64,000 nucleotides of DNA, from contig NC_083288.1 in assembly GCF_963506605.1 (NCBI RefSeq), forward strand, positions 53,258,001 through 53,322,000. The letters are read 5' to 3'. Source of the DNA: Zootoca vivipara (Eukaryota). The translations under genes and the position numbers were made by a program. Shown in pieces: positions 24,101 to 35,100 of the stretch. Under the pieces are notes generated by a model. That model was not told the DNA's origin, did no database searches, and saw only the letters and a list, made by a program, of their open reading frames with translations. Positions within the stretch are counted from its first letter, which is position 1. Each line of letters begins with the position of its first letter.

Positions 24101-27100
24101 GGAAGAAAAGCAGGAGGGAGGGGTGAGACACCCCCCAAAGGCATCTTTGCCCAGCAGAGGAGGCCATGGAGTCCCGGATCTGCTGCACTCAGACAGTCTT
24201 AACCGTGGAATTTTATTTATTTGCAAGGGGGGTTTATTGGCTGAGGGGCAGAAGAGATATTTGTCGGCTCTGCTAGCATATCTGGGGGTGGTGGGGTGAT
24301 GTTCAGCTCCACCATCTCTACACCCCCTTCCTCTCAACATGCACCTCCAAACACCTGAAGGGCTGCCCCACGGAAGACAGAGGATCCAAATTGCAAGAAG
24401 GGAGATTCCGAATGAGCCGCAGGGGGAAATTTTGGAGAGGAAGAGCTGCTGCACAGCGGAAAGGGCTCCTTTGAAAGGGGAGGGACTCTCCTTCTTTGGA
24501 AATTTCTCAATGGAGGTGGGATGTTTACCTGCCAGGAATTCTTAACTGCGATTCCTGCATTGCAGGGGGCTTGGACTGGATGACCCTGGGGGGGGGGTCC
24601 CTCCCCACCCTACAATTCTGCGATTCTCTACTGTTCTGCGATTCCACGACTCACCTTGGTGAAGTTCCATCGCTGGATGAAATGCCGCGCAACGTCCCGT
24701 GCGGCCAGGCCGTGAACGGCCACCCCAACGTCCCTCCACGGCATCCGCGGAGTCTGGCACCTGTCAATGAAATCTGACCCACACCGGGCGTTAGCCCCCC
24801 AGGCAGCATGATTGGGGAGGTGCTGGGGCCCTGGAAGCCCCCACCATCAGGCTCCCTTGGGCCTGATCCAGCAGCCAGGCCTAAGGGGCATTGCAAAGTG
24901 GAGACACTGCAGAGGCTGGAAAAACGACCTCCTCCATCCTCTGGGGGCTTCCCCACATACCAGACCCAGTGATGGACCATGGGGCTTTGTTTTGGGGGGA
25001 AGGGAATATGCATGGCATAGCTGGATAGGGAGAAAATTTCTTCCCTCTCTCCTAACACTGGACATCCAACGAAGATGAATGTTGGAAGTTTTTGTTTGAA
25101 AAGGCATTCATAACACAGCACACAGTTGAACTATGGAACTCCTTGCCTCAGGACAAATTCCTGGAGGAGGAGAAGGCTACCAGTTGCTGGAAGCTGCAGG
25201 AGGGGGCTCATATCCTGCTTGGGGGGGGGGGGGGTTACTGGCACTAGGACTAGATGGGCCTGATCCTGCAGACACTTCTTACGCCTAGAAGCTGAGGGAG
25301 GGGTAACTTTCCAAAACGTAAAAGCAAATAAAATTCTTTTTTTGGGGGGTGCACCAGTACAGCTGCCCCCACCACCTTGCAACTTTGGGGGGGGGGCGCT
25401 GGTGTGTGGGTGCTTGCTTCTCCCCAGAGAACAGCCATCCCTCTGGGTCTGCACCCCTGGTTCCCTACTCAAAGCGAAGGGCCACCGTAGTTTTGCTGTT
25501 AAGACAAGAGCACCCACTTTGGAGGCGCAAGGTCTCGGGTTCAATTCCTGACAGCCCCTCCAGCAGGTCAGGCTGGGAGAGGCCCCCTGCCTAAACCCCT
25601 TCCCCTCCAGCACCCTCACCCACCTTCGAAGGGCTTGTCCAGCTGCACCCAGTCCTTGGCAATGAGGTTGCTGTAGTCCTTGCCCAGCCAGAGGCGCTGG
25701 TTGGAAGCCAGGTCAACGGGGGCTTCGTCCCCCCCTGGAAGGGCAGCCCCTCCGCCCTGAGAGAGAGAGGTGGTCAGCGGGAGGAGCAGGCGGCTACCAG
25801 CGTCCCTGTGGGGAGGGAGTGGGGCGAAAGAGGGAAAGGGAAAGCAACAAGAGGAGGAGAAGAGGAGGAACGAGTCAGAAACAGATGAGAGGGAGAAAGA
25901 GGAAAGCAAAAGGGGGCGATGGAAGCGTTCCTGGGCTCGGCGGCCACTAGGTGGCGCCCATTTGCCTGCTCTGAACCCGCTTGCCAGCCATTGGCCGAGC
26001 GTGGCTGTGATGTCACGGAATGTAGACGAATCAGAACAGCAGTTGCAGAGGAAAGCAAGAGGGAAAAGACCATTTGGTGCTTGACCAACGCATTTGGGGG
26101 CTCAGGGAGAGCCAAGAGCAGAGAGGAAGCAATTGAAGGGGGGAAATGAGACTGGGGATCTGGGGGCCAAAGAGGGAGCAACCTTCTGCCGCCCGGAAAA
26201 GGGGGGAACCAAGGAGAGGGACCCCCCCCCAATGCTACCTTGGGGGCCCGGCAGTCATCTCCCTCCAGGTCCGCCAGGCGGTACTCATGGGTGTCCCAGC
26301 GCCCATAGGCCAGATCCAGGCCGCCCAGGAAGGCCACAGACTGGTCCACCACCACCAGTTTCTCATGGTGGGCCCACAGGAAGACGATGGAGGAGACGTG
26401 GTCAGGGTGGCGCATCACCTGCGGGTGGGGGGAGAGACGTTTTGGGGTGGCTCAGTCTTGTGTGTGGGGCTGGCTCTGTGAGCCCACCCAGCCACCCTCC
26501 TGCTCTGAGCCCTGAGGCAGGGTGGTGTAGTGGTTAGAGAGTTGGACCTGGGAGACACACCCTCGGCCGTGAAGCTGTCTGGGGGTGGCCAGGGTTAGAA
26601 TAGTAGGATTGTAGAGTTGGAAGGGGCCCGAGGGTCATCTAGTCCAACCCCCTTCAATGCAGGAATCCCAGCCAGAGCATCCATGACAGATGACCATCCA
26701 ACTTCTGCTTTAAAATCTCCAAGTTGTAACTTGAAGCCATGAGTTCAAGTCCTGCCCTCCGGAGCAGCAGGAAACAAGCTTGCTCCCTCTTCCATGAGAT
26801 ACTGTGTTTCTCCGAAAATAAGACACCATCTTATATTGGTTTTCAAGAGGAGGTCCAGAGCTGTTCGACAGTGGAATTTGCTACCAAGGAGTGTGGTGGA
26901 GTCTCCTTCTTTGGAGGTCTTTAAGCAGAGGCTTGACAGGCATATGTCAAGAATGCTTTGATGGTGTTTCCTGCTTGGCAGGGGGTTGGACTGGATGGCC
27001 CTTGTGGTCTCTTCCAACTCTATGATTCTATATTTATTTTTCCTCAAAAAAACACACTATGGCTTATTGTCAGGGGACGTCTTATTTTTCTCCTCCTCCT

Positions 27101-30100
27101 CCTCCTCCTCCTCCTCCTCCTGCCGTGGCTGGCATTGCTGCTGCGCCTATCACTATGTCTTATTTTCGGGGTATGGCTTATATTCCTTGAATGCTTAAAA
27201 ATTCTGCTATGGTTTATTTTATGACTACGTCTTAAAATAGGGGAAACTTAAAATAGGGGTATTTGAGGATGGCTCTCATATCTCCTCCCAGTCTCCTCTT
27301 TTCCAGGCTAAGCATACCCAGCTCCTTCAACCATTCCTCATCAGGCTTGGTTTCCAGATCATCTTCATCGTTGTGTGGATTTAATGAGGACTAGGAACCA
27401 GGGTTCAAATCCCCCTCGGCCCTCAAGCTGACCAGGTCTGACCTTGAAGACCTGCCACTGGGAACTGCCCAGTTTGGCATAAACAGGGCTGTGGGGCTAC
27501 TTGGGACACAGAGCGACAACAGCGGGAAGACGGCAAAAGTGGGAGTTCCCTTACCTTGATGTTGGGGTGCAGCAGCATGAGGGCCCGTTTGCTGTAGTCG
27601 CTGTTGATGCCTAAGGCCAACCCCACCTCCTTGAAGAGCAGCACAGAGATGCGCACCCCCTGCTCCTGAAAGGATCCAAGAACGGCAGAGTTGAGAGGGA
27701 CCCCCAGCGGTCATCTAGCCCAACCCCCTGCGAAGCAAGAAGCACAGCTCAAGAGGCAAGGAGGAAAGATGGAGGGGGTGCAGAAAGACATCAGCAGCCG
27801 TGATGCGGGGGGGGGGGAGGAACGAAGGCGCCCCCACCCAACCCCAAACCTCAGGCAGGCGGCTGCTCACCGCTTTGTGTTTCAAGAGGAGGTCCAGCCT
27901 CCAATCGTCCGACTGCGCCGGGCGCTTCATGTAGATCTCCGGGCTGAGCCTGGGAATCACAGAATAATCATGGAGTTCAAAGGGACCCCCGAGGCTCATC
28001 TAGTCCAGCCCCCTGCAATGCAGGGAGCAAAGAGAGTGGAGCTGGGGGGGGGGGCTCCGTCCCACATTTAGCCTGTCTGCATTGGTTGCATTTTAAAAGC
28101 AAGAGCCCCCCCCCCCCGATCGTTTACCCCAGTTGCCTATTCAATTGGGATTAGCCTAGAAGCTGAACTGTGACCTCAAGGGTGGAATACAAATTTAACA
28201 AATAATATCAGGTGCTGCCCTCTGGCTGGGCACAGAGGTTTCGCACCCAAGTCCCCCACAGGCTGGCCTTGCGGAAAGAAGAGCAGGGAGGGGATCAGGG
28301 CGTCCATTTCTGGCACCCCTATTTTTGGACCAGGAATATCTTTTTTTTTTTTTGAAAAAGGAGAGAACATATTTATTATGAGGATTTATTACATTTGTAT
28401 ACCACCCATAGATCTCCGAGGGTGGGGGTTTCCACAACTTCAAAAATATATGGAGATGGGGGGGCACTTTGGGAAGCTAGGCAGCTCAGCCACCGTCCTC
28501 CTCTCCCCACCTCCAAGGCCGGGCGGCCCCCTCCCCAAGACCCCGGCACTGACCACCAGTCCGTGATGAAGATCTCCTCTTTCGCCTGCGCCACAGCCTC
28601 AGCCACCGCGGCAAAATATCCAGCGCCGTTTACAAACCTGGAGATGGGTCGCAGAGAAAGAGAAGGGTGAGGGACTGGCAGGGGGGGGGGAGAGAGAGGG
28701 GGACACTGGGGTCTGAGGACCCACCTGCCCAGACCACAGCCCCCAGTGCTCACCAGCGGGCAGGGGTCTCCTTGCGAAGGGGCACAAAGCCCCCGTGGCG
28801 ATGCAGCCGCAGGAAGTCTCTGCCCTTGCCCTCGGCGAGTTCGGTGATCTCCTGGCACCACCAGCAGGCCTGCCGGTAGCTGCTGCACTTCAGGACGAGA
28901 GACCTGGTTCGGGGAGGGCAGCGTAAGAGTCCAGTGGCCAGGCCAGGCCCAAAGGGGCCCAAGGAGGACCAGCGTCCGGTCCTTGCAGGGGCCCCTGATC
29001 TCGGAATCGAGATAGACTGCCTCCAGACCTGGAGCCATCTTTAAATATCTCGTGGAAGACAGAGCAAGCTTGTCTTCCCCTGCTCTGGAAGGTAGGACTC
29101 GAACCCATGGCTTCAAGTTGCGAGAAAGGAGATTCCGACTAAATATTATAAGGAATTTTCTGACAGTAAGAGTTGCTCAACTGTGGAACAGTCTCTCCCT
29201 CCTTGGAGTTTTTAGAATGGAGGTTTGGGTGGCCATCTGGTACGGATGCTTTAACTGATATTTATTGTTGTTGTTGTTGTTGTTATTCTGTTGGGAGCCA
29301 CCCAGAGTGGCTGGGGAAACCCAGGCAGATGGGCGGGGTATAAATAATAAATTTTATTATTATTATTCCTGCATTGCAGGGGGTTGGGCTAGATGACCCA
29401 TGGGGTCCCTTCAAACTCTACGATTCTGAGATTCTCCCATCCTCCTTCTCTTCATTCCTGGGAGGGGCAGGGCAGAAAATGCTCTTCCCCCTCGAGTCTC
29501 TTGAGTCAAGAGAGGCAGGTAAACAGCCAAGCCCTTCCACTCTCTTGAGCGATTTCTTCATCTTGGCTCAGAATCCGCCTCTCGGATGGGACCCTCACTT
29601 CAGGCGCCCTCCCCAATCTCCCCTGGCCGCGGGGACCCAGGCGTCCTGACCTGCAGGTGTTGTCGATGCGGACGCCGTGCTTGGTCTCGGTGGGCTTCTT
29701 GCCCACCTGGATGTTGAAGCCGGTGTCGAAGAGCAGCACGAAGGAGATGGCGCCCGACTCGGGCTTCAGGTAGAGGAGGAAGGAGTCTTTCACCACCAGC
29801 CACCTAGAAAGGGGTCCCAGAGGTGTAAAGGGGGGGCGAGAGAGAAGCACCCACACCACCCACCCCTCTCCCCACAGCAGGACCCTTGGGAGACTCACCT
29901 CTTCGACCAGCGGTAGCAGAACTGATGGCGCCCGGCGCAGTTGAGGCCCTGCAAGCGGTGGCCTCCAGACCGTTTCAGGATCATGCCCTCCCTGGAGAAA
30001 GAGGGGGAAGGCAGCGAGAGTTGCGGATCAGGGGCCACCCCACCTGTAGGGATCTGCGCCTAGCTTTCCGTGCTGGGTGCATGCAGAGGAAATGCAAAAT

Positions 30101-32110
30101 GTGGTCCAGAGCAGGGGACCCGCTTTAAAGTTTAAATAACTGCAGAGCTGAAAGGGGCTCTCTGGGGGTCATCCAGCCCAACCCCTGCCTTTCAGAGACC
30201 AAAGCCAATCGGGAAGGCAACTTTCTATCTATCCCTTGAGGATATCCCTCCCACAGCATGGCCAATGGCCAGGGTTGGAGATGTCCCACAATGTTGCTGG
30301 GGTTGGGCTAGATGACCCCCCAGGGTCCCTTCTATAATGTCTGGAGGAGAAATCCCGCTGGCTACCCTTGTCTGAAGGGTTGGGGGAGAGGAGAAAGGGG
30401 TCCTTTGCTCCCGGAAGAGGGGGGGGGAGAAATCACAGAACTGCAGAGTTGGGACCTTGAGAGCCATCTAGTCGCCGCTCCATAATCCTTGCTTTAAAAC
30501 CTTCAAGGATGGAGAGACCACCACCTTGGGAGGGAGGCCGTTCCCCCATCTGATGCAGGCTTCCTCAAACTCGGCCCTCCAGGTGTTTTTGGTCTACATC
30601 TCCCATGATCCCTACCTTGCAGGTCAGGCTCAAAGCATCTGGAGAGCTTTGTTTGAGGAGGCCTGATCTAATGGCTCCCATTGCCAGAAGCTTAGTCGAA
30701 ATTGGTTCTTAACTCTCTTAAAAGTTACACCTTTCAAGTGGTATATTTACTATATTTGAATTACGGGCGGTTTCATGCTTTGAGGTGGCTGCTCCCTTCT
30801 GCACGTTAATTTTATAAGCTTCCCAAAAGCCGTTTCGCCACCTAAGCGCCAAATATCCATTGGTATAGAACGCTCACAAACAGCTGGGCATCTGGATGCC
30901 AGAGGAGCCCCCAAACCTCTCCCCTGCCAGGGGTCCTTGCAGGCACTGGAGGGAAGGCTCTCCTGCCCCCTCGCAGGATCATGCCAAGGGGGCAGGCAGA
31001 AACACACACACACAGACACATAGCCAGGACCCCACTTCACTCACAGCCCTTTCGGTCCCAGGTCCGGGATGAAGGAGAGCGGACTCACATCTAGGAACTC
31101 TGCCTGCCCGAGAGGAGAGAGAAAAAAGCACCAGTCAGCGCCGGGAATCGCATTGCAGGGGGTTGGGCTAGATGACCCACCAGGGCCCTTCCGCCTGCGC
31201 ATTTCTAGGAAGAAGGCGGCTGGCGTATCGGGGGAATGCGCAGCTCAGGGAGGCGAGCAGAGGGAAAGGGAGCCCAGGGGAAGGGCCCCTCTGCCCCCCC
31301 AAGAGAAAATAGGACACCCTCCCTCCTGGCACGAGAAAAGGGGTGGCAGAGAAAAGGGGCATCACCATGGCATGGTAGTCGCGGTAGACGTTCATCTCCA
31401 GCAAAGTGTTGAGGTAATTCTCCAGCTGCTTCTGCAAGGAACAAGCGAGAAGACCCATTGCCTTGGGTTGTTGGGGATATCGCAACCCCAGCTCGCCGTG
31501 TGTCCCCGCTTAGCAGCCAGGCCAATGCTTTCCTCCTCTTCCTTTCCGCTGTTTGCAAACTAAGGGCCTTGGCGTTAATTGAAAAGCTCTCAAACGCATT
31601 GAAGGGCATTGTGCTGCGACTCCCGGAGCTGCCCAGCAGGTGGCGCTGCTGCTTTGCTTTCCTGTTCCACCGAACACGCTTCTTTCTCTCCGCTCCTCCT
31701 TCCTTGCCCCACATGCACCCAGACCCATGCCGTAGCCACAAACCTGTTTGCTGGATGGGCGCCGGGACACCTCCCCCCCGTGGGGCAAAGAGGGCAACCC
31801 CAGGACTGTTCCGTCGGACCGAGAACCCAGTGCGGCAAACCTGGGCGGGAGAGAGAGAGAGGCGACAAATGATGCTCTAGAACATAAAGGGAACACCTGC
31901 TGGATGAGGTCAGTGGCCCAGCAGCATCCTGTTCTCATAGGGGTCAAGCAGGTGCCCATTGTGGGGAACCGGCAAGCAGGATTCAAACACAAGAGCTGCT
32001 CTCCCCTCCTGCGGTTTCCAAGAACTGGGATTCAGCAGCATTTCCTGCTGTGGCAGAGCGTAGCCCCAGGGACTGGCAGCCATTGCTAACCCTCTCCTCC
32101 TCCTCCTCCT

Positions 32111-32147
<37 letters not shown>

Positions 32148-35100
32148 AGAATCTGCCTCATCCTCTTGGAAGCCATCCCAGTTGGAGGCCTCCTGTGGCA
32201 AGGAGTTCCACAGTTTAACTCAGCTCAACCTCCTCAGCTGCTTGACGAAGGACTCTGGGGCTTCCGGAGGGATGTCGCCCCTGCTCAGCATCCCCTCGGT
32301 TCTCCTTGGAAGAAGGAAAGCCCCTCTGGCAAGGGGAAAGTTTGCTTATTGTATAATAATATAAAGGAGGTCCAGTCCTTTTTGAAAGCCATCCAGTTTG
32401 GGGGCCAACTCTGCCTCCTGCACTTTAGTCCTTCCAGGCTGTGACACCTCACAATTTAATTTTATAATTACTCTTTCTTTCTTTTGTTTCAAAATTAATA
32501 GCAACAATAAATATTTATGCATGCAATTAAACAACCACAACTGTGGAATCCGCAGCAGGTTAGGCGTTTCCCAAAAACCGTTTTGACACGCCCAACACCC
32601 GAGACAAATCCTGAGCTCGAGTCTCTGACATCCTCCTCATGCGACTGAATATCCCTGCTGAAAAACACCTGTGGCCGTTTTGGCCCCACCTGGCTTCTCC
32701 GCTTGGGCTACTGGGAAAGATCACTTGGCTACCAAGTCCAGCCACAATGGGCTTGGACACACAAACAGAGACAGCAGATCCACCAACAGATGGACAAAGC
32801 CTCTTACCAACTGCGGTTGGTTCGACAGCTATGGCCGTTCCTGGACAGGGAAAGCGTGGTTCCTAAAATCCCAAAAATTGTAGAGTTGGAAGGGATCCGA
32901 GGGTCATCTAGTCCAACCCCCTGCAATGTGTTGGTGGCTTCAAGGCTGGACCACTGCAATGCACTCCCTTGCCCTTGATCCGGAAACTGCAGTTGGTGCA
33001 GGATGCGGACCCCACCAGCCAGAATTGGCACTCTATCTATCTACCTATAAATGTAAACTGGGCATGTGTCCACTTTTCTCCAAAACCGCTTGACCGATTA
33101 CGTTCAAATTTTGACACAACATCCAAAGCGAATATGAGAGTGACCATATACAGGTTGCGTAGATAAATGTCACACCTGGGCCATGTAAAACCCCCAAACC
33201 CCCGTGTTCCAGAACTCACAAATCACTCTCAAGTGCATGCTGGGAGCACAGGAGATGTTGCAAAACAGCGCCCTCTAGTGACGGCTACACTGGTACTGCA
33301 CCTAGGAAAGCTTCCCTTTCCACAGCATCTCGGCTTGGCTTTCCAGACTGGGCTGAGTGGAGGTGGGGACTCGCCTGGGTGGGGGATGGGGGGAGGAGGG
33401 GGCGGGATAGGTCATGGGTCGGGACAGGGTGGGGCCAATCACAGGGATGAGCTGGGGGTGGGGGAGGAGGGGCCGGGATGGATCATGGGTCGGGACAGGG
33501 TATCCCCAGCCACATGGATAAGCCAGGGGTGGGGGGAAGAGGGGGCGGCATACCTCATGGGTCAGGACAGGGTGGGGACAACCACAGGGATGGGCTGGAG
33601 GTGGGGGGAGGAGGGGACGGGATAACTCATGGGTCAGAAGAGGGTGGGGGGAGTCACAGGGATGAGCCTGTGTAAACAGAACACGCATAAAACATTTCAG
33701 CAAAATGAAGGGGGGCTCTGAAGGTGAGGGGAGTCTGAAGTGGGACTCCGAGGGTCCATTTAACAGGCTGAGCCACAGCAACGCGTGGCCGGGCCAGCTA
33801 GTAAATTCAATAAATAAATAAAGACTACAGGCGCTACACAATACCAGTTCTGCATTTGTAATAACTTGTGTGGCAGCGCCTGACCTTTGGGACTCCCTGC
33901 CACCTGAGACCCAGCAGGTGCCTGCCCTGTTCTTTTCCCCCTGCGCCTGCTAAAAAACATCCCTTGTTTACACAAGCCTGCCCAGACATGCAGACTGCCA
34001 GGGTACATTTTAATCTGCTTTTCCTTTATTGCTGATTTTATCTTTTGAATGCTGCTATTACTGATAACCTTATCGTTTTGTAAACTGCTCCGAGGGTTTA
34101 GGGCAGTGTTTCTCAACCAGTGTGCCTCCAGATGTTTTGGGACTACAACTCCCATCATCCCTAGCTAGCAAGACCAGTGGTCAGGAATGATGGGAGTTGT
34201 AGTCCCAAAACATCTGGAGGCACACTGGTTGAGAAACACTGGTTTAGGGGGAAAAAACAACAAGTGAGCGAGCGCAGTGTGTGTTTTATGGAATAAATAG
34301 ATAAACAAAATTAAAAACCCTTCAAATAGATAAATAAAATTAAGAACCCTTTGCCTGTGCAGATTCTCTCCTCACCGTGTCAGAGGGAGGAAACTCATCA
34401 AGATCCGGTGCCTCATGAGATCCCTGTGTAACTCCTGGAAGTGCTTGAATTTCTTCTTCATTGTCCAGGTGAACTCGCCGTGCGTCAGGCGCAAGGAGTA
34501 TACCGTGTTTGGCCGCACCTGCCCAGGAGAGAGAAGCAGGTGAACCCTTTGTGGTGGCCCGACAAATTCTTCTCCCCCCCCCAACCCTGGGGGTTGGACT
34601 AGATGGCCGTTGGAGGTCTCATCCTCTTTTAAAGCCATCCAAGATGGTGTCCATCACTGCCTCCTGTGGCAGGGAGTTCCGCAGTTTAGCTCTGCGCCGC
34701 ATGAAAAAGGACTTCCTTTTATCTATCCCAGTTCCTCCCAACATTCAGCTTCATCAGATGACCAGGAGTTTGGGTATCCCGAGAGAGAAGGAGGGAAACT
34801 TTTCTCTGTCTGCCAGAGCACCTCTAGAGGAGACCCTCGTGCTTTCTGAGTCAAGGGCCAAATTGCCGGCGAGGTGTCTGTGTGTGTGAGAGAGAGATGG
34901 ATCGCTGCTGTAAGGTTACGGAGGAATTGTGAAACGCCTTGGCCAACCAGCTCAGGGCACCTTGAGAAAAGCGGATATTGAGCTGCAAGACGTCTTGTGA
35001 AATCAGGGGATTATAGTCTCCAGAGGAAAGACAGGGGAGGGACACAGAAAAGGTGCTTGGTGAGGCCAAAGAATAAAAAGGAGAAGAGAAAGGGGGAGTG

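Noticed and set aside
20556-33670. Tandem units at 20556-20670 and 33400-33670 as CRISPR-like arrays
   Set aside because: Ordinary degenerate minisatellites without unique spacers, in eukaryotic intronic or transposon context, with no cas genes.
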